This document shows positions 1 to 13,252 of a stretch of DNA of 64,000 nucleotides, piece after piece; the stretch's first letter is position 1, and each line of letters begins with the position of its first letter. The position numbers and the translations under genes are program-made. This stretch comes from the human T2T-CHM13v2.0 reference genome, Homo sapiens: NCBI RefSeq assembly GCF_009914755.1, contig NC_060929.1, one strand, 5' to 3'. The notes under the pieces were generated by a model. It searched no databases and had not been told where the DNA came from. It worked only from the letters and a program-made list of their open reading frames with translations.

Positions 1-180
1 ATGCATAGAACCCTAAAAAAAATGTAAGGAAGGCCAACAATATTCTGATTCTTTCCATGGAGGTAACTTTGATTTCTTTAATATCAGATTATTTCACCAA
101 AAATACAGGTGCCCCAGCTTTGCGAATGCTCTGAAGACACACTGGGTCTTTCTGTTGGGTAATATATCACTGTTTTCTAA

Positions 181-314
181 TAGGGTGACCATATGTCCCA
201 TTTCACTGAGATGGTCTCCTTTTATGCCTATTATCAAAGCATAATTATACTTATTATAATAACCCTTTCTTATTTTCAAAAGTGTCTCAATTTGAACAAT
301 AAAAATGTCTCCCT
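181..314. mobile_element. hAT DNA transposon remnant, MER94-like
   Basis: Terminal tagggtgaccatatgtccc ... ctccctg and internal ttttcaaaagtgtctcaatttg resemble MER94. Confidence 0.6.
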
Positions 315-1626
315 GTTTTAAAACCTGGAATAAGGGTGTTTATAGTGCAGATGTCCAATAGTACACCAGTTTCACACCAGAGCCTCAGATGGGGAGGAAA
401 GAGAAACTGGCACTAACAGCCTCAACAGTCCAGGGAAAGATTCATGATGAGAGAGCAAAGCCATCATCCGTTTAAAAAGGAAAAATGTGACTTACTATGT
501 GTGTATTTCGTGGGAAGCAGGAGTTTTGCAAATGTGGGCTTGAAATTTTTAAATAAAGTGTTCATTTATTTTACTTGCCGCGATGACATGAGTGAGTGGC
601 TGAGCTAAGATTTGAATCTATGGCTGGCCAGCCCTAAATACTTAGGGAATAAATGATTAAATGAAGGAATGGATCAATTTCAGCACAAGCTAAAAGGTGC
701 CATCTGAATGATGGGTGTCTTCAGAATGCAGAGGAGACAGAAAGAAGAGTGGGCTGAAATAAGATTTGGGGGAGGAAAAGGAAAGTGAGCTGTGTTTTAA
801 GGACTTGTAAGGCTGGAATCAGTGCAGGGGGAGGGCCATCTTCACCCCACCCATCATCACCCCTCCTGGCATGACAGCACCATGAGTCAGCTCAGGATAC
901 AGTAGAATCTGTCCACATTGGCAGGCTCTGCTCTTACGACTCTATTGACAGCACACTCCTGGCCACACTCACCCGCAGCTCATCTGACCACCCTTTGAAC
1001 ACTCAAGTGCCCCTCTCTGGTGCGAGCACAGGAATTGTGCTATAAAAGTTGCACCAACGAGCAGTTCAGTTTAAAGTGTTCAGAAACAGAATGTTCTAGC
1101 ACATGTAAGTGGCCCATTCCTCCTAGAGCCCCATTTAACTTTTTCCAAGTGTGTCTGCCTACAGTGTCTTGCTCCCCGCTAAGCTTTCTCTCTCCTGTTG
1201 GGATGAATTTGGGGCTTGGTTTTGCACAAGAATTTTTTGAAATTCTTCAAGACAGAGTTTCCTGCCAGGCTAATGTGCATTGCTTAGAGGCTGAGCTTAG
1301 CACCCTGGCCGTGCCCCAAAAGGAGGTTAAAATGGGACCAAGGGCAAGCCGGGCTCACTGTCATTCGCAGGCGTCAGCCCCAGGGCTCACACCACCAGCA
1401 CTGGGCCGGGCGGAGATCCAGGGAGGCAGCTGGTTGGGGAGGAGGAGGATCCACCAACTGGAACAGCAACAAAAAATTGCATCTCCGATTCATATATTCA
1501 GGCCATTAATCAGCCCCCGGCATCAAGAGGAAGCAGTAGGGTCCCTTCTCCCAGCTTCTAGGGACACTCCCCACAGCGCCCATTTGTGATTCCTTGTCCC
1601 CAGCCCTTTAGCATTTACCTTAACAC

Positions 1627-2112
1627 CAAGGTTCCTTGGCTCCATTGTTTCGCGGACCCCTTTGGCAATCTGATGAAGCCCCTTCTCACAGTCAACACAT
1701 CAAATAAAAGACACAGGATTTCAAAGAAAACCAATTATATTGAAATACAGTTATAATGTTGAAAAAACAAATTTATTATAGAGTAAAAAAAGTCCTTTAA
1801 CATATTAAATAAACAAGATCTAGCAGCAAGTCAAATAAATAACTACTATAATTTTGAAGTACTGACAAGTGGAAATATTTCAAGATATCTGCAACAAATG
1901 TAATGTTATATCACAGATCTGATTTCTATTGGTGACAAATCCTGCTGACTCTAGTGTGGCTGCTTGCCCACTTTCCTATCAAAGGAAATGCAAACTTTCA
2001 GCCAAAGTTTAGTTTGGGTTTTTTTTGGTTTTTGTATTTTTTTTTTTTTAAAAAGAGGGTTTTTTTTCTCACCCAAGTTTATGGACCCTCTAACTCCAGA
2101 ATAAAAACCCTG
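1627..2112. mobile_element. hAT-Charlie non-autonomous element (MER119-like)
   Basis: ggacccctttggcaatctgatgaagcc...aaaccaattatattgaaatacagttat...atggaccc...aaaaaccctg. Confidence 0.5.
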
Positions 2113-2930
2113 CCTCGGGACATTACAAAGATGTACTTCAGGATATGAGATTTTCTATACTTTTTTTCTTTACAATGTTTTGTAAAGAATGCCTGTTTTT
2201 AGACTTAGGACCACAGGGAACTTGGACCGTGCCATCACGCCTTGTAACTATTTTGCATGATTACTTGTAGCAATTTTTAAAAATCAACTAGTTTATTTTT
2301 TAATGATGCATAGATTCTTATTTGAATCAGAAAAAAAAAATGAAAAAATTATTCTGCTCTTACCTACCCCACATTCACACCCAACACTCTCAGTATTTTT
2401 TCTCCTGAAGTAAACATTGTTACCAGATTGTGTATGCTTTCCAAAATAGTCTATTTATTTGTAAGCATACATATCCACATGCGTATATGTATGTTTGAGT
2501 GTTTTTGCATGCAGAATGTGTGTGTTTTCACTCTGTTTATTTTGATTCGTGGTGTCATTTTAGAAACACTTCAGTGAAAGTTTCATTTTTCACTCAACAG
2601 CATAGCATATCTTAGACATAGTTCTGTGTCAGAATGCATAGAGTTACTGCTGGTTTTCATGGCTGCATAATAATCCATTTTACAAAGTGTCCTATTTTAC
2701 TTACCAATTTCCCAGTTGATTGACATTTAGGTTATTTTTGGTCTTTTACTACAAACAATGTTGGATGAATACTCTTGTATATATGTCTGTGCCCACATAT
2801 TCAGGATAAATTCCTAAAAATGTAGTTGCTGGGGCAAGGAAGATTTGGTATTTTAGGTTTAACCTGATTATGCGTAATAAGAAATTTAAACTACAGTAAA
2901 ATGTAAAGTGGTGTTAAAACAAATAGGTTA

Positions 2931-3184
2931 GGCCGGGCGCGGTGGCTCATGCCTGTAATCCCAACACTTTGGGAGGCTGAGGCAGGTGGATCACCTGAGG
3001 TCAGGAGTTCAAGACAAGACTTCCAACATGGCAAAACCCCTTCTCTACTAAAAATATAAAAATTAGCCAGAGAATCGCTTGTACGCAGGTGGCGGAGGTT
3101 GCAGTGAGCTGAGATCACACCACTGCACTCCAGCCTGGGTGACAGGGTGAGGCTCCATCTCAAAAACAAACAAACAAACAAAAA
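2931..3184 (+). mobile_element. AluS with about 50-bp internal deletion at the start of the right arm
   Basis: GGCCGGGCGCGGTGGCTCA start, A-rich tail, TSD aaataggtta (2921-2930 and 3185-3194); aattagccag joins directly to agaatcgctt. Confidence 0.92.
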
Positions 3185-3691
3185 AAATAGGTTAGATATA
3201 CATCTACTAATCTGTTAGGAGGATTGCTCATAATATCTAAGTAAAAAAGCAAGTTATAGAGTAATGTCTAACCCAACTTTTAAAAGCTATTTATTAGTTT
3301 AGTTACCTCAAGGGATACGATGGAGTGAGGAGGAGTAGATTATTAGCTTTTTTATAACCTCTGTATTATTTCACATGGTGCAATAAGCAAATACTCTATT
3401 TGTGATTAAGAACATCAAATTAAGAAAATGTGATAGAATACAAATTGGGTTTCAGTAGAATTATGGTGGGGACTATTAAACATTTTTATAATTTTGGAAG
3501 AAAAACTATCAATGGCCAAAAAAGAAGATTGTTGTTCTTAGTCATTTTCAATCTAATTTAACATATATATAATATATATATTTTATAATATTTATTATAT
3601 ATATTTAATAATGTATATATTATATATATTTAATATATCTCCCGCTCTGTGATTACCAGCCCCGGAACACTTAGAAATTGCTTTGGCCCAT

Positions 3692-3990
<299 letters not shown>

Positions 3991-4190
3991 ATGAAGAAAT
4001 GACTTCAGCCCTTTCCTCTGCTGGTTACAGCCCTGCTCATTCCCCCAGTTCAAAATCATGCTGTCAAGTTGTTGATTTTTTATTCGTTTCAAAATGAGAA
4101 GAATTTTCTCTTTCTTGGTAGCAAAAGGTAATTTATACGTAACAGCAAAATATAAAAAAGAAAGGAAAAATCATCCATAATCATATCACC

Positions 4191-4546
4191 TGCCTCAGTC
4201 CATTCAGGCTGCTGTAACCAAATACCTTAGACTAGGTAATTTATAATAAATGACAGAATTTATTGCTCACAGTTCTGGAGGCTCGGAAGTCCAAGATCAA
4301 GGAGCAAGAACATTCAGTGTCTGGTGAGGACCTGCCCATAGATGGTGACTTCTATGTGTCCTCACATGGCAGAAGGGGCAAACAGGCTCTCGAATGCCTC
4401 TTTTATAAGTACACTGATCCCATTTATCAAAGTTCTGCCCTGGTGACCTACTTGCCTTTCACATGACCCACTTACCAACAACACTGCACTGGGGATTAAG
4501 TTTCAACATATTAATTTTGGGAGACACAAACATTCAGACCATAGCA
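4191..4546 (-). mobile_element. MaLR solo LTR (MLT1A/MST-like)
   Basis: tcagtccattcaggctgctgtaac...cacagttctggaggctcggaagtccaagatcaag...cattcagaccatagca. Confidence 0.85.
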
Positions 4547-4734
4547 CCATCGATATAACCATGTTTTAGTATTTGCCTATGCAACTTTGCAGAATTTTCT
4601 GTGTGTGTTGTTGCGTGTATTAACACAAGTTGGATCACCCAGTGCTTTTTTCACTGATCAGCAAGTCATCCTGACTGACTTCTTATCATATCGATGAAAC
4701 TGAGTCTTTTCATTTTTTTGTTTTTCCTTTTTTT

Positions 4735-5039
4735 CTTTTCTTTTTTGTTTTTAAAGACGGAGTATCACTCTGTCACCCAGGCTGGAGTGCAGTGGCACAA
4801 TCATAGCTCACTGCAGTCTTGAACTCTTGGACCCAAGCGATCCTCCCCTTACTTCATCCTCCCAAGTAGCAGGGACCACAGGTGTGCACCACCACACCCA
4901 GCTAATTTGTAAATTTTTCTGTCGAGATGGGGTCTCCTCATGTTGCCCAGGCTGGTCTCAAACTTCTGGCTTCAAGCGATCATCCTGCCTCAGCCTCCCA
5001 AAGTGCTGGGATTACAAGCATGAGCCACCCCGCTCAGCC
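4735..5039 (-). mobile_element. AluJ
   Basis: Poly-T followed by reverse-complement Alu. Confidence 0.88.
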
Positions 5040-5139
5040 TTTCCCATCTTTTTAATGCTGCACTGAATTCCATAATAGAAGGTATCGTAATATACTTAAC
5101 CAATCCAGTTATGTAAACAAGCCATTTACACCAATAGAT

Positions 5140-6020
5140 AAGACACACACAAGGTATCACTTTACAAGGTACAAATGTGGAGTGAAAAGTCTGTCTCTCT
5201 CACTTCCTTGGCCCCAGTCACCCAATTCCCCTCCATGGAGGCAACCACTATTAACAGTTTCTTATATATCCTTCCAGATATGTTCTATGCATATATAAAT
5301 ATATTTATATGATATTTTTAATGGAAATAACTTAAACACTATTCCTCATTTTGCTTTTTTCACTGGACAATGTATCTTGAAGGTCTTTCAATTTCAGTGG
5401 AAATTCCATTTCCAAATAGAGTAGCTTCATTCTTAGTAGCTCCATAGCATTTCTTTTTTTCAGATAGATCTCCATGGAAAGACATTGTAGGTTATTTTAA
5501 ATTTTTGTTACTACAAAACAATATTTTTATACATCACCAATTTCCACATGAGTAAATATATCTGTAAAATTTTGTAAGTGGACCATTCTGAGTAAATGTT
5601 TTCATGTTTATAAATATTACCAGATTGTCTTATGTAGAGATTATATCAATTTGCATTTCAATAACTGACATTTGAGGGTGCCCACACATTCACTAAGAGC
5701 TGTTATCAAACTTCTGGATCTTTGCCAACTTAACAGGTGGAATTTTTGTGAATGAGGTTAAGCATCTTTTCATATGTTTAAAATAATCCATTCCCTCTTG
5801 ATGTGCAATATGTTTTCAGTTTTTAGCTGTGATAAATACTCTGTTACACACATTCTTTTCCTTAATATCTTTAGGGCACTTGCTTTTTAGGATTTCACTG
5901 GGATAAAGTCCACTTTGAATGGTTAGATGAAAAGGCAGACTCCCGGGAAAGGCCTCAGATGTATATTGTCAAATTACTCTCTGGGAAGGGTGTAGCAATT
6001 TGCACATCCACAAAGTCTGT
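5140..6020 (-). mobile_element. Old L1 (L1M) fragments
   Basis: gaggcaaccactattaacagtttcttatatatccttccaga and gaggttaagcatcttttcatatgttt are typical antisense L1M 3' segments. Confidence 0.55.
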
Positions 6021-7102
6021 TTCAACATTGATGAAGAAGCCAGTTTTTATGCTGATAGCTTCTCACTGCCTGAGGCACAAGAAGTTTCAGGCATCTACGT
6101 TGACTTCCTCCTGAGGTGATAAGATGTCTTGAAAGCTTCAAATCCTTGCAGCTAATTTGGTGTCAGTTTTCCAGAGTTCAGGGCTAGCTAGCTGCCCTGT
6201 TGGGATGCAACACCCATCCATCAGAGGAGCCAGAGGAGACAACAGCCTCAGAATGTGTGTATTTTATCCAGGAGCTAAGAAAAAAAAGCAGTCAGCCACA
6301 GCGTATAAACAGATTTGATCTTTCACACGTGGTGGGCCTGGCAGCCCACATCAGTGGTTTGAGGCTCCAGGACTGACGTCCCAATTTAAAACCATAACAA
6401 AATAAAAGAAAACACTGTTGCCATCCCCAGGAAAACAATCCAGTTGGAGGCACTCAAAGGATGAGTTAATAAGGAAGGATTCCTCTAGGCATCCAAGCTC
6501 ACCCCTACCCCACCGTGGGGGCCTGTGTGGATTGAGGGAATGCAGTAGACAGCGTATATTTAGATCAGGGCATGGCAAATGCACCACATTTTAGTTGCAA
6601 AATTCGGATTGGCCCTGGAAGATGCCAGACTCACGAATTGAAAACTCAATTGAGCACCACTCAAGAAGCAAGGAGCTGGCTGCTTGAGCAGATTCTGCCA
6701 GGGAAGGAGCCCTTTTGAGAGGGAGCCAATGGGCCCTGGTCAGTCAGAGGCATAATTTAATCCTACCCTTGAACTACTGATCTAGAGGGAGAAGCTGGGT
6801 TATCTTTAAACTGTACTAAATCTAGAGGTGTTGGAACCAGCAACTAGGACAAGGCAGGGGCTGGGTGAACTTTGACCCACTTGCCACAGGGTTGGGAATG
6901 GCACTAAGCCAGAAGCCTGGGCTCACCAAGTGATTCCCAGAATCTGACCAGGAAAGCCCTTCCTGTCACCTGCCTCTGTCACCGCCTTCCCACCCCCTCG
7001 TCCTGAGGAAGACGGCTGGCACCTTCTCTTCTCTGAGACACCCTTGTTAGCTCTTCAAGACTCCTGCTTGAGTTGCTGTACTAGAAGGAATAGGGACTTG
7101 AA

Positions 7103-7414
7103 GGCCAGGTGGTGGCTCACTCCTATACTCCCAGCAAGCACTTTGGGAGTCCGAGGCGGGCGGATCACTTGAGGTCAGGAGTTTGAGACCAGCCTGGCCA
7201 ACATGGTGAAACCCCGTCTGTACTAAAAATACAAAAATTAGCCTGGTATGGTGGCAGGCACCTGTAATCCCATCCACTTAGGAGGCTGAGGTAGGAGAAT
7301 CCATCGCCTGAACCCAGGAGGTGGAGGGTGGAGGTTGCAGTAAGCGCCGAGATTGCACCACTGCACTCTAGTCTGGGAGACAGAGCCAGACTCCATCTCA
7401 AAAAAAAAAAAAAA
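7103..7414 (+). mobile_element. AluS
   Basis: Dimeric Alu with small insertions and poly(A). Confidence 0.9.
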
Positions 7415-8132
7415 CAGGGACGCTGAAATCTGACATATCTGTCTGGCTCTGCTGCTCAGCTTGCTAAGCCTCAGTTAACTCATCTGTAAAACGACACCAA
7501 AATCATCAACCTCAAAGAATTGTAGTGAGGAATAAACAAGAAACGGATGAAAGGGACTCAGCTGGGTGCAAAACACTAGTAAATATTTCATAAACGTCAG
7601 CTATTAATATACACGAAGCCTCTAATCTGGCATCCACTTCAGAGGAGATATTTAAGTACCTGTTAATATTATGATCATGACAAATTCGATGAATGGGCTA
7701 TGTGTTTTGAGGAAACAAAAATGAGATGGGTTCCTTCTCACTGAATAGTCGGGAAAATTGTCTGTTAAAAAAGGGCAAAAGAGTAAAAAGCTAAAGTTTT
7801 TTTAGAGTGCCAGGTATGATGTTCACATGGTCAAAAATATCAGATGACTTTACCTAACATTTACGGTCATGTTTCTTTCTTTTTAAAATTGTTTCAATAT
7901 TTAGATTTGTGATATTTCAGTCATTCCAAAAAGTACAAAAGTAATTTGGGACACCCATGAGTCTTCCATCCAAATTTAACATGTTGCTGAATTTGCTATA
8001 CATCTTCTTTTAAGAAATAAAAATGTTACAAATATATATAAAAGGCGCCCCACCCCTCATCTCATTCACCTCTCTCCTTCCCAAAGGCAATTACCACAAT
8101 GTCTGTGATCGAATGGACTTTCTTCTATACAA

Positions 8133-8428
8133 TTTTTTTTTCTTTTGAGATAGGGTCTCGCTCTGTCACCCAGGCTGGAGAACCGTGGCGCAATCTCGGC
8201 TCACTGCAATCTCCACCTCCTGGGTTCAAGCCATTCTCAGGCCTCGGCCTCCCTAGCAGCTGGGATTACAGGCATGCACCACCACACCTAGCTAATTTTT
8301 GTATTTTTAGTAGAGACAGGGTTTCGCCATGTTGGCCAGGCTGGTCTCCAACTCCTGATCTCAAGTGATCCGCTCGCCTCAGCCTCCCACAGTGCTGGGA
8401 TTACAGGCGTGAGCCACCGCACCTAGCC
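8133..8428 (-). mobile_element. AluS
   Basis: Reverse Alu; cttctataca on both sides as TSD. Confidence 0.9.
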
Positions 8429-8660
8429 TCTTCTATACATTCTTAAATGTATACTCTTAAGAAGCAAAAATAGTGGTCGAGACTGAGGCTCTGGATTGTC
8501 AGTCCTGGGTTCAAACTCCACTCCTGCTTCTTTACTACCTGTGTGGCTTTCAGCAAATTGCTCAACTCTCTGATCCTCTTTTCTCCCATCTCTAAAATAA
8601 ACAAATAACAGCTAATTTTGTTGGGTGTTGCAAAGATGAAATAAGACTCTTCATGTAAAT

Positions 8661-8868
8661 CAGTAGTTCTCAACCAACAGCAATTTTTCCCCAGGGGACG
8701 TTTAGCAATGTCAGGAGACATTTTTTATTGTCACACTGGGGGTGCTACTGGCATTAACTGGGAGAGGCCAGGTATGCTGCCAAACATCCTACAATGCAAA
8801 GGAGATCTCCCACAACAAAGAATTACCCAACCCAACATGTCAATCATTGTTGAAGTGGAGAAAACCTG
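8661..8868 (+). mobile_element. MER20 (hAT-Charlie)
   Basis: cagtagttctcaacc...gcaatgtcaggagacatttt...cccacaacaaagaattacc...gagaaaacctg. Confidence 0.85.
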
Positions 8869-9518
8869 ACATCAAGCATTCTGTCACTTTATAAGGGCTC
8901 AATGAACATTTGTTCAGTAAACACAATAACATAAATTATTATAATTTGTTCTTTGAAAGACATTGTGTTAAACAATTTTACATAAATTATCTCACTGGTA
9001 TCCAGTGAGTTGCACCTTCTTGATGAAAAGAATGATGGACAGCAAGCACTGTTTTTTCTGCATGTCTGAGGATGTCTATACCATTTGTTAAATCAAAATG
9101 ATAAGCCTATTAATAATGTAAACTTTCAGACTGATAGATTAATTGGAAGTTGTTACTTGGAGCCTATCTTCTCTTTGCTCTCCGTGAAAAACAAATTGTA
9201 TCAGTGCTTTTAGCCAAAAATTAGTTTATTCAAACCACAAAAAAAAAAATCCCTTCAACCTAAGCAGGCCCAGGAACTGGCGTGGCTGTAAATAAATAAA
9301 TAAGGCATCAAAATTAAGAGAATATTTTTGGCCCCTGTTCACAAGGACTGGCTCTCAAGGACTCAGGAAGCCACAGAGGCAGGGTAGAAAATGGGAAAGA
9401 GGAAAACAGCCAGAGCTCTGCTTCTCTGACTCACCCCAGGCTCAGGTGGACTTGGAACACTCTGTCCTGGAGCTGCTGACTGTGTTGTCAGAGAGCATCC
9501 ACTGTGAGTGGCCTTATC

Positions 9519-9707
9519 CAGCGGGTCTTCAAGTGGGGTCCTCAGCGCAGCAGCATTGACATCACCCAGAAACTTGTTATAGATGACAAATCCTAGATCC
9601 CACCGCAGAACAACTGAATCAGAAACTGGAGGTGCAACCCAAGCAGTCTGGGTTTTCCCAAGCCCTCTGGGTACTACTGATGCATACTTAAGTTTAAGAA
9701 CCACCAG
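9519..9707. mobile_element. MER5A (hAT-Charlie)
   Basis: gcagcagcattgacatcacccagaaacttgtta...ctgaatcagaaactgg...ctgatgcatacttaagtttaagaaccac. Confidence 0.8.
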
Positions 9708-10010
9708 CCTAATAAGAACAGACCTGAAGTTCCCTGTATGTGTATTTCCTGTTTTCCCACTATAGCCATGAAGCACTCCAACACCAGCTCAGATGTGGAG
9801 GAATCCCTGCTCGCTGGCACTTGCCTGGTGTCAGATGCTTGGCACATATTCCATAACTCCCAGCAGATTATGAGGAAGTTGCTATTATCTCCTTTCCCGA
9901 TGAGAAAAACACAGCTTAGGGAGTTTAAACAACTTGCCCAGGGTCATACCTGCACAAAAAGGCTGGAACCAGGATATGTGAATCTCAGTCGGCCTCATGC
10001 CAGATCCTAG

Positions 10011-10330
<320 letters not shown>

Positions 10331-11833
10331 CAGATCCTAGTCTCTTAATGATGACATCATACTATGACATCACACTGCCCATTGAGGATGAAAAGAAACA
10401 GAACAAAAGAGATCAGCACTGCTCAGGCCAAGTTGTGAGCCCTGTCAAGTTTGTCTTTAGTGACCCATAGTCACTGGTCCTGGGGTTTGCCTGGCCTCAG
10501 GCAATCCTCTGAAGTTGTTAACCCCCCAGGTCATGACACTGCCCCACTGGAGGCCAAAGCTTCCCACACCTCAATGCTCTCCTAGGCTTTTCCTCTTACT
10601 AGCTGTGTGATTTTGAAGCTGACTCTTCTCTTCTTATTATCAGTGATAATAATACATTCATATCAAGGTTGTTAAAAGAATTAAATGAGATAATATATGT
10701 GAACATATCTAGCCCAGTGACTGTTGCACAGCAGAAACGAATTAACTCTTGGTTTTCTTTCATCCTCCTCTACACACCAGCAACTATCAAAACTCCATCC
10801 AGAATCCATTCTGTTGAAGTATCTTGTATTGACCAATTAGCTAATATGATGAGCTAATCCTCAGGTGTTAATTCATAATAATGGTTTTCTGCATTTGCCT
10901 CCAAAATGACATCTGCATTTCAACCAGGGGCCCTTATCCTCAAAGTCTTCCAACCATGGAGTGATTAATGATGGAAACGTTAGGGAATATGGAAGACCAC
11001 TGGGGAGAGATTTCCTAGCCTTTCTCCACCCCACATATCACTCCAATATCAAATCATTAGCGTAAGTGGATGGGGAATCCCAGAGAATGGGTAATGAGAC
11101 TAGAACAGAAAATATGCCTTCAAGGCTGCACCTGGCTTCAAAGAGGAAAAATGAACTACAGGCATCTGAATCTCAGGATAGATGTGAACAATGCAAAAAA
11201 AGAAGTGAAATCAAAGACTAATGGGTCATTTGCCAGCATTTAATACAATTGCTTAGGATTTGCATAGTTGAATGTAATAAAGCTTCATTGAAAAGTAGTT
11301 ATAACAACTAATAAGACCCTAATTAAATTAGCTTTCACTGGGCAAGCTGCTTGCGAGGTCCTAATTAGGTTATTTGCGGCCATTGGCCTAGCCTGAAAAC
11401 CAAAGAAGACTCTTAAGTCCTCAGCGATGCCTAGAAAATCCAGTCTCTGGCCTTATGCAGGAAATGCTAAGAGACTCTATCTAAATTTGGGGGCAGCCAG
11501 TCCGAAACTATCTTAGCTTTCCAAAAGTCACAGTATGTGGCCAGAGTGAAATCCCTTAATAGGTCCCACCACTCTTAGGAATCAGACAATTTTAAAGATG
11601 GAAAGGGCATGTAAAGGTGGAAATGCCAAGAATTTCATTTTACAGATAAGAAAACTGAAGCCATGTGAGAAGCGATTAGTCCAAGGTCCCTCAGCAAGGG
11701 GCAGTGTCCCCAGCCCCTCCAGTCTTCTTCCACTGTGATCTGGAATAAACATAGAACTCAGAGCTACTGGTTTTCATTTGAGAAGGAAGAGGGAAACAAA
11801 GAGTGCTGGATTCTCAGAGGCTCCTTTCTTTGA

Positions 11834-11835
<2 letters not shown>

Positions 11836-11910
<75 letters not shown>

Positions 11911-11924
11911 CGCGCGCGCACACA
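11836..11924. repeat. Compound microsatellite (GA)16(GT)17(GC)9(AC)2
   Basis: Read directly: GA 11836-11867, GT 11868-11901, GC 11902-11919. Confidence 0.97.
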
Positions 11925-12104
11925 ATGCACTGAGGATAGTTCAGCCCAAGGTAAATTGCTGACCTGCTTACAAATTGTCTTTGCAAAGATCTTCCTAGAG
12001 CACAGATCTGCTCAAGCTGGTACCCTGCTGAATTACCCCAGGGTGACTTCTGAACTTCTGAGTGTGACAGAAAAGACTCTTCACAATTGGAATCTAACCT
12101 ACCC

Positions 12105-12645
12105 CATCTCCCAAGATAGGGCTTTGTGCTCAAACAGATCAGAATCTCAGCCCTGTCCCTCACTAGCTGTGCAACCTCAGGCAAGTTACTTAAGTTCTCT
12201 CAGCTCTCATTTTTTCTGCCTGTAAGACAGAGATGACATTTTACTTACCTCGTTGGGGTGATAAGAGAATTAATAGCCAGTAAGGCAGGCAATCACACGT
12301 GGCCCCTGCTGTTGCTCCTCCAGCCACACAGGAGCAGTCTCCCTTCCCTGAACACACCTGGCTCTATCATGCCCCAAGCCTTTGCCAGTGCAATTCCCTC
12401 TGCCTGTAACACCCTTCCTTCTCTCCTGTGCACTGTGAGTTCCTCCAGCTCAAATTTAATGTCTCCTTTGCCATCTTCCACGATTCCCCAGGCAGTGGCT
12501 ACTGTCTCTCTTGTGCGATCTCTGTCCTCACTCCATGCCCATCAGAGCCTTGTCACACTGGGCTTCTTGATGTCCATCTCTCCCGGGAGACTGGGTCTCA
12601 CCTAGCATGGGCCTGGCACAGGGACAACTCAGTAAGTGAATGAAA
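12105..12645. mobile_element. MIR followed by L2 3' fragment
   Basis: cactagctgtgcaacctcaggcaagttacttaag...ctgtaa (MIR core); ctgcctgtaacacccttcc...gggcctggcacag...aagtgaatgaa (L2 end). Confidence 0.65.
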
Positions 12646-12751
12646 TCTGATCAGAGCTGTGAAGAGGAACTGTGAGGGTGGAAAAAGATCGATTCCAATG
12701 TCACTTCTGCTCTTCTACCAAAGCTGAAATATAGTTGAATTCTGTGTGTAC

Positions 12752-13252
12752 TGGCAAAGACTTTGCTTGACCAAACTTTAGTCTAGCTCCTGAATCTTCT
12801 TCTAGACTTATCTGTGCACTTCTTTGTAAAACCCAGTTTTAGGAAGAACCATGGTGAGTCAGTTCAGAAAGAACCACCCACATCGATATCTAATCAACCT
12901 CAATATCTAATCACTCTCAATATCTGATCAGGCCTCTTATCCTCCAGTATCCCCCCTCCAAGTGACATGTGATTACCCTGGCCTGCCTTCAGCAAGAACC
13001 CTGTTAGTTCGGTTTAGCCAGAATCACCCTTACTCCTGATGTTTTCTCTTAGTAATTTTCCATCCACTGCCCCCAACCCTGCTCCTTGGCCATAAATTCC
13101 CTCTTGCTTATTCTATATTCATAGTTGAGCCCAGTTTGTCTCCCCCACTGCACAGCCCATTGCAGTAGTTCCTATACCTGTCTCAATGGTTCTAAATAAA
13201 GTCTTCTTTACTGTGCTTTAAGAAGGATCATTAAATAACATTTTCTTTAACA
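12752..13252 (+). mobile_element. ERV1 solo LTR, MER31-like
   Basis: TG...CA termini (tggcaaagactttgcttgaccaaactttag ... ttttctttaaca), TATA-like cataaa, AATAAA near the 3' end, 4-bp TSD gtac/gtat. Confidence 0.8.

Noticed and set aside
1020-1589. 189-aa ORF
   Set aside because: Starts at GTG, no recognisable homology, no convincing exon boundaries; intronic.
3562-3637. AT-only quasi-palindromic tract
   Set aside because: Degenerate (TA)n low-complexity sequence; self-complementarity is trivial.
11774-12225. ORFs with ERERER/CVCVCV/HTHTHT runs
   Set aside because: Translation of the compound microsatellite.
12880-12935. Repeated caatatct(a/g)atca units
   Set aside because: Internal repeats of the MER31-like LTR itself.
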